A stretch of 64,000 bases of DNA from an uncultured Chloroflexia bacterium (GTDB taxonomy: Bacteria; Chloroflexota; Anaerolineae; JAAYZQ01), in NCBI GenBank assembly GCA_963700285.1, contig CAVOXA010000010.1, positions 448,001 through 512,000 of the forward strand, given 5' to 3'. A program made the translations under genes and the position numbers. Positions 1-8,443 of this stretch are shown in pieces. Within the stretch, counting starts at the first letter, position 1. Each line of letters begins with the position of its first letter. The notes under the pieces were generated by a model. That model was not told the origin of the DNA. It did not search any database and saw only the letters and a program-made list of their open reading frames with translations.

Positions 1-349
1 TCAGTGTACCAAAAGGCGTTTCGATCTTTTCCTTGCGAATCGTTCCGGCGTCAAAGGTGGTAAACGACGTGAGGACCGTGTCTGATGGGACTTTCCCATC
101 AAATTCAACCGAGTGACCACAGTTGGGATAGGTACGCTTGCTCACCTGGCCATCGTGGGTAGAATAGATGTCGGCCCCCATCTCGTTGAGCACGTCAACC
201 GGGTTTTGGGTCCAGCCAAGGTGTTCCGGCAGCGTGCCCCGATACTTGTTCACATAGAACCACTGAAAGATATTGGGTATGAAAGGCACGCGGTCGGGCA
301 ACTCCCCCGATAGAGCCGCCAGGCATCGCTCCTTGCCTGTCATGGTCAT
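1..349 (-). CDS. Uroporphyrinogen decarboxylase (UroD/MtaA-CmuA) family protein, 5' part (runs off the window edge)
   Basis: Manual translation of the minus strand from ATG 349 (ATGA overlap with the preceding stop) gives MTMTGKERCLAALSGELPDRVPFIPNIFQWF...IETPFGTL. This is the typical 'T.kER.laal.ge.pDRVP' start of the family. Not in the ORF track. Confidence 0.8.
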   Translation of the reverse strand, partial: MTMTGKERCLAALSGELPDRVPFIPNIFQWFYVNKYRGTLPEHLGWTQNPVDVLNEMGADIYSTHDGQVSKRTYPNCGHSVEFDGKVPSDTVLTSFTTFDAGTIRKEKIETPFGTL

Positions 350-1497
350 GATCCTGCCTCCAAGCCTTTCAGGATCTGGCGCCCTTCGTCGAACGAGTCC
401 ACGGTCACCACAAAGGCGGCCCCAGTAGGAAAGGTCTTGACGGCCTTCAAGCTGTGCAAGGTATCAGGCGTGAAACCCATGCGGCTGGCCGCAACCCGGT
501 GCTGGCTCAGGCTCTCGGCCCAGGCCGGAAAGTCGATCATGTCTGGCTGGCTGATGTCGGCCGTCTCCAGTCCCGCTGTTGAGACAAATTCCTGCCGCCA
601 CTGGTCGCCCGAGCCGCAATAATGGATGCCGCCTCCGCCCAGCCCTGTCAGGACCTTTTCGTTGGCGGGCTGGATAAAGTCGGTGTACATGCGCGCGGAA
701 AGCAGCGTCGACGAGTCGTCCTTGATCAGGCAATGGCCTTTGATTACCGACCAGTGCAGGCAGTTAAAACCATCGCCAACCGACTGGGTACTGAGAGAGC
801 TGAAGGCGCGGCAGACCTTAATGTAAGTCTCGGCCACCAGGTCCAAGAGCTCCCGAACAAGCTCTGGGCAGTCATAGAGCGCGGTCAGGATCTCGCCCCC
901 CCAGAGTTGCATGGCGATATCAAAAGGGCCCTGCAGGTCCGGTTGGGTAACGTGGATGGCCGCACTGCACTTGGGATAGGGGGCCAGCGCCTGGCGATAG
1001 TAAGCCATGGTGTCTGCGACCTGGCGATAGATCCCGGTCTCCAGCTCTGGCAGTCCGCGGGCCAACCAGGCCTTGGTACGTTCTGGACCGACCCCCTCCG
1101 TCCAGGGAAAGTTGTCCTCGACCTGGCAGACCTTTGCGCCAAAGAGCGAGGCGATCACGCCATTGCCATAGTTGGCTCTGATCTGCAGGGGGAAATCGTC
1201 CTTCAGCAGAACACTATTGACTACACTGGGTATGGGTCCCAGACCGGCCGAAGCATCAACCAGCTCATTGACCAGCATCTTGACCGGATCACGAAAGGCC
1301 TGGCTGTAGGGGTAATACGGAAAGCGTTGAGAGGGAGGGGCACCAACGGTCACCGGTGGGTGGTCCACATGTTCCCAGCTCAGTGCGCGCCGCTGGCGCT
1401 CCTCTACCCGGGCGACGTGGTCCAGGTCCAAATGCTCCTCGAGCCAGTCGAGGATCAAAGTCAGCACTGAAGTTGGGTCAGATGCGGCTACGGTCAT
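346..1497 (-). CDS. UroD/MtaA-like methyltransferase-fold protein
   Basis: 383 aa with DLQGPFDIAMQLWG, DDSSTLLS..MY..FIQP and IHYCG motifs; no HemE RQAGR motif. Confidence 0.7.
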   Translation of the reverse strand: MTVAASDPTSVLTLILDWLEEHLDLDHVARVEERQRRALSWEHVDHPPVTVGAPPSQRFPYYPYSQAFRDPVKMLVNELVDASAGLGPIPSVVNSVLLKDDFPLQIRANYGNGVIASLFGAKVCQVEDNFPWTEGVGPERTKAWLARGLPELETGIYRQVADTMAYYRQALAPYPKCSAAIHVTQPDLQGPFDIAMQLWGGEILTALYDCPELVRELLDLVAETYIKVCRAFSSLSTQSVGDGFNCLHWSVIKGHCLIKDDSSTLLSARMYTDFIQPANEKVLTGLGGGGIHYCGSGDQWRQEFVSTAGLETADISQPDMIDFPAWAESLSQHRVAASRMGFTPDTLHSLKAVKTFPTGAAFVVTVDSFDEGRQILKGLEAGS

Positions 1498-1554
1498 GAG
1501 TTACCTTTCTTGGTCGGGCAAGATACCGTCCTGTTTTGCCCGGTTGCCGGGATG

Positions 1555-1581
1555 GTGGGGCAAGATGGCATCTTGCCCTAC
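1555..1581. repeat. REP-like palindrome (GTAG foot on minus strand), with a degenerate copy at 1516-1541
   Basis: Perfect 10-bp inverted repeat gggcaagatg-g-catcttgccc followed by tac; a related copy lies at 20611-20631. Confidence 0.6.
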
Positions 1582-1587
1582 CCGAAT

Positions 1588-1920
1588 CTAGGCCGGTGCA
1601 TCCTCCAGGTCCCAGCGCTCCAGGAAGAAAACGACCGGCCTCAGCCCATCGGTACAACAGGCAGTCGCTGTACCCGGTTCTGCCATCCAGGGGTAATTGG
1701 CGCCGAACCGCAGGCCGCTGATGTAGCGATAGATGTCATCAAAGGCAGCCTGGCAGAAACCCCGCGGCGGTTCGCCCACGTCAAGCATGAACTCGTCACC
1801 CACATCAAATAGGGGACACACCGGCTCAAAACCTGGCGCGCTGCCGCCACCGCCTTTGGGGTGCACGTCCCTCATGTCCAGCTTGTTGATCACCGTAACC
1901 TTGATTCTGGGAATGCTCAT
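1588..1920 (-). CDS. TIGR04076 family protein
   Basis: 110 aa: VCPLFDVGDEF...PRGFC..AFDDIYRYI..L.FG..YPW...ACCTDGLRPVVF.LER. Confidence 0.8.
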   Translation of the reverse strand: MSIPRIKVTVINKLDMRDVHPKGGGGSAPGFEPVCPLFDVGDEFMLDVGEPPRGFCQAAFDDIYRYISGLRFGANYPWMAEPGTATACCTDGLRPVVFFLERWDLEDAPA

Positions 1921-1950
1921 ACGTTTCTTTCTCCAGGCGTGTCTCTCACT

Positions 1951-3165
1951 TTAGCCATCCTCGGCCAGCATGCCGTCGAACAGCAGCACCAGATACATCA
2001 ACGCACGCGGGATGTGAAAGGCCGACTTGACCTTGGACCCTTTGTCGCCCACCTTGACACTGCCGTCGCGATAGAGATACTTGTACCACTCACCATATTC
2101 CGGATCGTAAAAGTGCTGCTGAGTGTAGTCGTGCACGTGCTGAAAGTGCTGCCAAAAGTCATCACGCTCACTCAGGTGGGCAGCCAGGGCCAGAGTGTAG
2201 AGCGCCTCGGAATGGACCCACCAGATCTTGCTGGCCCAGCCCTCCCCCAGATCCTTGACAACCTGGGGCACATAGGGCTCTTTGCCCTCAGGATCGACAA
2301 AAGCCAGGATACCGCCCTGCTCGTGGTCGAAGCCCTTTTCGACCATCCACTCGCAGATCTGGATGGCCCTTTCGACCATCGCACGGTCGCCTCGAGCACG
2401 GGCCTCGTGCAGCACGAACCACATCGACTCCAGTGCATGACCAGGGTTGATCATGCGCCCTTCATGGCTATCTACTAATCCCCCGTCGCGGGCTACCATC
2501 TCAAACAGAACCCGCTGTTCGTCCTTGGCAAAAACGTTCAGCACCTTGTCCAGGCAGTAGTCGGTGATGGGACGGGTGCGCTCCTGGCCCAGCACCGGGG
2601 CTGCCACGTTCGCAACGTTGACGGTGATCATGTAAGGCCCATGGTAGAGATACTGGGGGTTGAGGGTGAAGTGATGATATTGGTCAAAGGCGGGATCGTA
2701 GAGATTCCGCTGATAGCGGTCAAATGCCTGGTGTATGAGGTCCAGGTCCTCGTCACTGCCTGAAGCCAGCGCATACTCACAGAGGGCCAGGATGGCAAAA
2801 CCGTCGGTGAAGAGCGAAAGGTTGGGAACGACCACGTTCCCCTGCCGGTCGAGGTGGTAATACCAGCGACCACCGCCAGCGTGGGCACGTTCGACCAGGA
2901 AATCACGGCCGTGGCGAGCGAGGTCCAGCCATTTTTGGCGCTTCTCTATCTGGTTGTATAGGGCTGAGAACATCCAGACCTGCCGGCCCTGGCACCAGGT
3001 ATACTTGTCACCGCTGGTGAGTTGCCCCTCCCGGTCAAAGCAGGTCAGATATCCACCATACTCCCGGTCCTGGGTACGCTCCTCCCAGAAGGGCATGATG
3101 TCATCCAGGAGGTGCTGCCGGTAGAAGCCGGCATATGCTTGCAGTTCGTCTCTGGTCGGGCCCAT
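1951..3165 (-). CDS. N-acylglucosamine 2-epimerase (AGE) family
   Basis: 404 aa: DREYGGYLTCFDREG, QGRQVWMFS, INPGHALESMWF, KIWWVHSEALY, FHIPRAL. Confidence 0.9.
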   Translation of the reverse strand: MGPTRDELQAYAGFYRQHLLDDIMPFWEERTQDREYGGYLTCFDREGQLTSGDKYTWCQGRQVWMFSALYNQIEKRQKWLDLARHGRDFLVERAHAGGGRWYYHLDRQGNVVVPNLSLFTDGFAILALCEYALASGSDEDLDLIHQAFDRYQRNLYDPAFDQYHHFTLNPQYLYHGPYMITVNVANVAAPVLGQERTRPITDYCLDKVLNVFAKDEQRVLFEMVARDGGLVDSHEGRMINPGHALESMWFVLHEARARGDRAMVERAIQICEWMVEKGFDHEQGGILAFVDPEGKEPYVPQVVKDLGEGWASKIWWVHSEALYTLALAAHLSERDDFWQHFQHVHDYTQQHFYDPEYGEWYKYLYRDGSVKVGDKGSKVKSAFHIPRALMYLVLLFDGMLAEDG

Positions 3166-3264
3166 ATTGGCCTCCTCTCTCGTGGTAGCAGACCCCTTGC
3201 GCTTGTGCGGCTGGATTCATTCCCAGCGCCTGATCGCGCGCCTGGCGGGGCGCACTATAGTGGC

Positions 3265-3744
3265 TCAGATGACGCCATCGTCGCCGATGGCGGTGTCGGC
3301 AAAAAAGTTATCCTGCCGCAGACTGGGCATCGAGACCTCCAGCAGGAGCGCAGGCCCCACGCCGGTGAAAGAATGGCGCTGGCCGGGCGGCATCACCAGG
3401 GTGTCTCCTTCTTGCAGGATCATCTCTTCCCCGTCTACAATCAAGCGGAGCGTGCCCTTAACCAAAAAAAAGGTCTCGTGCTTCATGCCATGATGGTGGT
3501 AGGGGCAGGTCTGGCCGTCAGCGACAAAGAGGAATTTGCCGCAATAGCCGGTCTCTTTGTCGTTGGCCACCCAGTATTCAATCTCGCCGATCTCATCGAA
3601 CCTGCCCAGGCCAAAGTCCAGAGCCAGCGGCTCGACGGCAGGCATCGTCAGGCCCCAAGCCCGGATCGTATCCTGGCAGTATACCAGGGCCCGGGCACGC
3701 TTCTCGCCAGTAATCTGAAAGGGAAAATCCAACTCCTCGCTCAT
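3265..3744 (-). CDS. D-lyxose/D-mannose isomerase-like cupin
   Basis: 159 aa: YCGKFLFV..GQTCPYHHH..KHETF, PGQRHSF, LLEVSMPS..QDNFF. Confidence 0.8.
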   Translation of the reverse strand: MSEELDFPFQITGEKRARALVYCQDTIRAWGLTMPAVEPLALDFGLGRFDEIGEIEYWVANDKETGYCGKFLFVADGQTCPYHHHGMKHETFFLVKGTLRLIVDGEEMILQEGDTLVMPPGQRHSFTGVGPALLLEVSMPSLRQDNFFADTAIGDDGVI

Positions 3745-4742
3745 GATTCATCTCCTTGGTTCGCTTTCCAGCTTTCTGACAACCTATCCAGCAAAGGCCC
3801 ATCAATCTGCCGCCCCATCTCCCGCCAGGCCAGGAACAGGGTTCCGACCACGGGCTCAAAGGCAGGCTGAGGGAATAAAGCCTTGGGCAGCACCTTCCGG
3901 ACAGCCGCTTGAAAAGAAGGGACGAGGTAGCGGCTCTCGTGGCGTAGGCCGCCCGTGAAATAGACCTTCACCGGTGCGCCCTGCATGTCCAGTGCCCGGG
4001 CTACCGCCACTGCCGCCTCGGCCAGGTATTGGCCGGCCTCTCTAAGAAGCCCTTGAGCTGTGGCATCTCCCCTGGCCGCGATCCGGGCCACCAGCGGGGG
4101 CAACCCGGCGATGTCCTGGAATCGAATCTCTCCACCCAGGATGGCGTACTTGAGCCCCACCGGGTCGGAGGCCTGAAAATGGCGCAGTATTGGATCGACC
4201 ATCTGTGTCGGGGGATCGCGACCATCCAGGGCGCGGAAGACGCTGTTGATGGCAGCTCGTCCGATGTTATAGCCGCTGCCCTCGTCTCCCACAGCATAGC
4301 CCCAGCCACCGGCCGCCCACGAGCGGCTGTCCTCCGTGAACCCATAGGCCACGGCCCCGCCACCAGCGATGACGACGATGCCAGGCTGTCCAGCGCTGGC
4401 GCCCAGGAGATTGGTCACAGCATCGTGGACCACCCGGTAGCGTCTGGCCCGGACCGCATCCTCCACGGCCCGCTGAAAGGCCTCTATCAAGGGAGAACTT
4501 GGCTCTGCACCTGACATACCCAGGACGGCCATCTCAAAAACCACATTTTCCCACGACCCAATGATGAGCGCATCCTCCAGGATTTCCCGCAACCGGCGTT
4601 CCAGGCTTTCGGAAAAATCGCCGTCGAGATTGGAAAACGCGGAGGCGACTTGAGCATATCCAACCACCTGGCCGTCCAGGGTCGCCAGCACCACCTTGGT
4701 CGATGTCTGGCCACCGTCCACGCCCAAGATGAACTCCGACAT
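3741..4742 (-). CDS. BadF/BadG/BcrA/BcrD-type N-acetylhexosamine kinase
   Basis: 333 aa: LGVDGGQTSTK, HDA..NLLGA, GGWGYAVGDEGSGY.IG, FTGG. Confidence 0.85.
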   Translation of the reverse strand: MSEFILGVDGGQTSTKVVLATLDGQVVGYAQVASAFSNLDGDFSESLERRLREILEDALIIGSWENVVFEMAVLGMSGAEPSSPLIEAFQRAVEDAVRARRYRVVHDAVTNLLGASAGQPGIVVIAGGGAVAYGFTEDSRSWAAGGWGYAVGDEGSGYNIGRAAINSVFRALDGRDPPTQMVDPILRHFQASDPVGLKYAILGGEIRFQDIAGLPPLVARIAARGDATAQGLLREAGQYLAEAAVAVARALDMQGAPVKVYFTGGLRHESRYLVPSFQAAVRKVLPKALFPQPAFEPVVGTLFLAWREMGRQIDGPLLDRLSESWKANQGDES

Positions 4743-4820
4743 GTTTTCTCCACCATAGATCAGACCTCAGAAGGCACGAACCTCCGGCTTGATGGAGACC
4801 TCCAAGGTCTGTATTAGGTT

Positions 4821-5522
4821 CTAGGTTCCAGAAAAATGCGCCCGAATGGCGTCGACGAAGCGGAGTGTGATGTCATCGGGCCGGGTGATGGCCGTCCCCA
4901 CGACCACCGCATGGGCTCCGAGTTCAAAAGCTTTGCATACCTGAGACGGGGTCCAATATAGACCTTCGGCCACGACCGGGACGGACAGGTTCTGGGTCAA
5001 CTGGCGCAACAGGTCAAAATCAGGCGTTTCCCGGCCATGGAGAGCAAAGGTTGGAGCCACCAGGTCTGCCCCCAGATCCTGCGCCCGCAGCGCCCCGTCA
5101 AAAGTGGCAATGTCGGCCATGATCACCAGGCCCAGTTCCTCACGTGCCCGAAGGAAAAGATCTCCCAGGCGCGTACCATCCGGGCGCTCCACGCGGCGGC
5201 TGTCCACGGCAACAATGTCCGCTCCGGCGCGGGCCACCGCAGCGGCTTCTTCAAAGGTAGCTGTGATCCATAGCTGGCCTGCCGCATCGTGGCTCTTCTG
5301 GATGCCAATGATGGGCAGACGCGGCTCGTGGTGCAGAGCCGTGGCAAGTGCCGCAGCAATTGCCGCAATATCCTCCACTCCGTTGGCGCGGATACCAACT
5401 GCGCCACCCTTCTCCGCCGCCTGGGCCATAGCCGCCATGTAAATCGGACCGTGCAGCGGGCTGTCAGGCCAGGCCTGACAAGAAACGATCAGCCCATTGT
5501 GGATACGCTCGATCGGATTCAT
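4821..5522 (-). CDS. nanE: N-acetylmannosamine-6-phosphate 2-epimerase
   Basis: 233 aa: GLIVSCQA, AEKGGAVGIRANG, PIIGIQK, VVAEG, VVVGTAITRP. Confidence 0.9.
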   Translation of the reverse strand: MNPIERIHNGLIVSCQAWPDSPLHGPIYMAAMAQAAEKGGAVGIRANGVEDIAAIAAALATALHHEPRLPIIGIQKSHDAAGQLWITATFEEAAAVARAGADIVAVDSRRVERPDGTRLGDLFLRAREELGLVIMADIATFDGALRAQDLGADLVAPTFALHGRETPDFDLLRQLTQNLSVPVVAEGLYWTPSQVCKAFELGAHAVVVGTAITRPDDITLRFVDAIRAHFSGT

Positions 5523-6715
5523 TCATCAGCTCCTGGCGCGCCGGCACGGGCGCCGCGGATGAAAAGATCCACCCTCTCCGGCGGGGTGGTCAGGGTGACC
5601 GGGCTGCCCAGGCCCGCAATGAAGGCGCCATCGTACCCGGCCATACGCACCTGTCGCGCCACCTCAGCAACCAACTCGGTCTCGGCAGCTTTCTCGACCA
5701 TACCATAGGCGTCGACATTGCCCATGAGACAGAGATCGGGACCTATGGAGGCCCGGACCTCGCCAATCTCAATGACAAAGCTCTTTTTGCTCTCTTCCAC
5801 CATCAGGGCATCAATTGGCAATTGGCGAAGCGCAGGTAGGCGGGGCATAACGTCACCGCAAAAATAGAGGATGCTCTTGAGCTCCATACGGCGAAGCTGC
5901 TCGAACAGCCGCTCTTCATAGGGTAGTACAAAGCGCTCGTACATGCGGGGCGAGATGATGTCCGCTGAGACCAGGCACTCCTCGATGCGGATGCCGTGCC
6001 CGCCGGCATCCTTGAAGGCCTGGGCATACTCCAGCGTGGCCTGCAGCGAGGCATCCATGATCTCAAATACCAATTTGGGTGCGTCGTACAGGGCCGTCAG
6101 CATGCCCTCAAAGCCCAACAGGTCATAGAGCATCCAGAATGGGGCGCTGCCGCCGGCATAGATAAAAAAGTCGTCGCCCTTCTCGCCAGCCAAGATCTCA
6201 ACCAGGCGCATATTGCCGCGGGCCGCGCGGGAAGACTCTTGATGCTGCGCCAGTTCTTGCCTCAAGCTGTCCTGGCCCAGGCCAAGTTGGTGGGTCCATT
6301 CGAGCCTCCGGCGTATCTCTTCCGTCTTGGATTCCTGGCCATCCAGCAGCAGTTGGCGGCGCTCTCCGGCTGCGCGGTCTAGCTCAAAAACCTGGTCACC
6401 TTCCAGCACCAACTCGCGCTGGCCCAACACCCCGGGGATCGGGACGCCAGAGACTTGGAGCCAGTCATCCTGCTCCTGGAAGCAGGTATGGGCTTGCAGG
6501 AGAGCTTGAGCCCGAATTTCTACATCCTCGTCGGGATCCAGACGCACGCGCCCCTCACGCTCCAGGCGCGGGCGATAGGCTGACACGTAGGCCCCTTCGA
6601 TGCGTTCGGCAAGGTAGAGGAGCATATAGTCGACGGCCACCGGGGTAACAGGTGGTCGTCCGCCCGCCAGGGCACTGAGCAAACGATCCTTGCCGGTCAT
6701 GGCATCTCGCTCCAT
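5519..6715 (-). CDS. UroD/MtaA-like protein
   Basis: 398 aa: MTGKDRLLSAL, GFEGMLTALYDAP, IISPRMYERFVLPY, YFCGD, LMGNVD. Confidence 0.8.
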   Translation of the reverse strand: MERDAMTGKDRLLSALAGGRPPVTPVAVDYMLLYLAERIEGAYVSAYRPRLEREGRVRLDPDEDVEIRAQALLQAHTCFQEQDDWLQVSGVPIPGVLGQRELVLEGDQVFELDRAAGERRQLLLDGQESKTEEIRRRLEWTHQLGLGQDSLRQELAQHQESSRAARGNMRLVEILAGEKGDDFFIYAGGSAPFWMLYDLLGFEGMLTALYDAPKLVFEIMDASLQATLEYAQAFKDAGGHGIRIEECLVSADIISPRMYERFVLPYEERLFEQLRRMELKSILYFCGDVMPRLPALRQLPIDALMVEESKKSFVIEIGEVRASIGPDLCLMGNVDAYGMVEKAAETELVAEVARQVRMAGYDGAFIAGLGSPVTLTTPPERVDLFIRGARAGAPGADE

Positions 6716-6722
6716 CCTCCGC

Positions 6723-7850
6723 CTAGCTGATCTTTAGCTTGAACCAGCGGATATTAGAGACACAGTCTTCGTAGCCCCAGAAGGCGACAAAGACCGTCCC
6801 ATCCGGCAGGGCAGTGATGCAGGGAGCGCCGAAGCGCAGCACCTGAAAGTTCTCTACCATATTCTCAGACGCGCCGGTCAGGCCTGAGGCGCCCGTTCCC
6901 CAAAGTCCGAGGCAGGAATCGTTTACCCAGTCGTCGCCCTCCAAATGGGACAGGTTCGCCCAGAGGCCTGGCTCGTCGGTGCGGCGGTATATGGACAAGA
7001 TCCGCCCATCGGGGAGGACAAAGGGAGTCAAGGTCTGGCCCATGAGCCCCGTCGATGCCGGCGTGGACCACGTTGCGCCGCGGTCATCGCTGATGGCATA
7101 CTGGTTGGGCCGGTCCTGGGCCGCAGCCCGATCGTAGGCCCAGGCGACTGCAAGCAGTCGATCATCGGCCAGCTCTACGATCTTGGACTCCCAATAGACA
7201 ACATGCTGCTCCGGGTCCCTCATCACCGCCACGTATTCCGGCCAGGTTACACCGTGGTCGTAGGAAACGAGGGCCAGCATCATATGGCCGTTGGGATTGT
7301 ACCCGTCCCAGCCTTGCCAGGTGGAGGTGGGCAGAACCCACCTGCCGTCCTGCAAGGGCGTGATAGGGCAGCACAGCTCAAAGCCCGGACCAACCAACGG
7401 AGGAGCTATGGGTACGGGTTCGCTCCACGTGCGGCCATGGTCGGTCGAACGCAGAAGCAAAAGCTCAGTCGGAACAAAGCCCAGATTCTCCGGGTTGGTA
7501 AGCCCCTCTTCCGGATGATCGCTTCGGTCAGACCGCACCATAAAGGCCAGCAATTCACCACCTGGCAGAGCGGTAAGCCGGGACCCATCCGAAGTGAGGC
7601 GATCTGTCATACCGGGGTAGATGGGGCCGAGCAACTGCCAGCTTTCGCCCTGGTCACCCGAGCGCGCGATATAAGTATGGCAATCAGGGGATTCGAATGC
7701 CTCGCCCAGCACCAGCGAGCAGAGCAGATCGCCATTGTCCATGAGCACCACAGAGGGAAAATAGGCATGAATGCTGCGCACGTGTGCTTTTGGGTTGCGA
7801 TAAACGAGGCCTGTTCCGGTGCATTCGATCTCAGAGCCCATTGCAGTCAT
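6723..7850 (-). CDS. Sialidase-like BNR/Asp-box beta-propeller protein (no signal peptide)
   Basis: Asp boxes SGDQGESW, STDHGRTW, SYDHGVTW, SDDRGATW. Start probably at MTAMGSE (7850), behind GGAGG; the ORF track extends it to 7895. Confidence 0.75.
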   Translation of the reverse strand: MTAMGSEIECTGTGLVYRNPKAHVRSIHAYFPSVVLMDNGDLLCSLVLGEAFESPDCHTYIARSGDQGESWQLLGPIYPGMTDRLTSDGSRLTALPGGELLAFMVRSDRSDHPEEGLTNPENLGFVPTELLLLRSTDHGRTWSEPVPIAPPLVGPGFELCCPITPLQDGRWVLPTSTWQGWDGYNPNGHMMLALVSYDHGVTWPEYVAVMRDPEQHVVYWESKIVELADDRLLAVAWAYDRAAAQDRPNQYAISDDRGATWSTPASTGLMGQTLTPFVLPDGRILSIYRRTDEPGLWANLSHLEGDDWVNDSCLGLWGTGASGLTGASENMVENFQVLRFGAPCITALPDGTVFVAFWGYEDCVSNIRWFKLKIS

Positions 7851-7947
7851 TTGAACGACGCCTCCTGGCAAAGACCAGAACATAGCATAGCACATTTCCC
7901 TCTCGTGTCAAGTTGGTTGGTCAATAGTAGCCAAAACAGAACAAGAT

Positions 7948-7976
7948 TTGACATGAGCCTATTCCTATGATATGAT
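7948..7976 (+). promoter_or_regulatory. sigma70-type promoter with extended -10
   Basis: TTGACA (7948-53), 17-bp spacer, TGn, TATGAT (7971-76); context similar to the promoter at 44054. Confidence 0.7.
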
Positions 7977-8128
7977 GCACTCCGTCGCGCAGGTCGTGGC
8001 CGGCTTCAGATGGCAGATGTTGTTCATTTATGCTCGTTTCTGCGCCATTACGACCAGCAACGTACATGGGCTTTGATCCGATTGCATGACGCACGCGAGA
8101 GCATCTTTGCGCCCTTTAGGCCAGGTAG

Positions 8129-8389
8129 ATGACGATTGTGATTGCCGCTGAAAGACTCGAACGCATCGACCAGATGGTTCGCTGGATCGGGCAGCCTTCC
8201 TTCGACGCCCCCTTTACCGCATGTGTACGGCACTCCGTGCCAAGAGAATGCGAAAACAGCCAGATTGCGGTCGAGCTGATCTGTGGCAGTCAAGTAAACC
8301 CTCGAAAGCATGGCCTTATCCGGTCGCGATGCCTGCCTGCAGGGTCCTGCACGTCAAGGGCACATCGCAATCTGGGCGATACCTGTTGA
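8129..8389 (+). pseudogene. Decayed DeoR/GlpR regulator remnant (HTH deleted)
   Basis: MTIVIAAERLERI..SFDAPF matches the 44224 protein (MNIVIAAERLERI...SLDAPF); 26 identical nt at 8138-8163 and 44233-44258. Confidence 0.7.
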
Positions 8390-8443
8390 AGCACCCAGTA
8401 CCCTAAGGCGCACTCTGCATCCACAATAAACAAGGAGAAAAGG

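Noticed and set aside
4761-4812. agacct...aggtct palindromic fragments
   Set aside because: Too degenerate to call as a repeat element from one copy.
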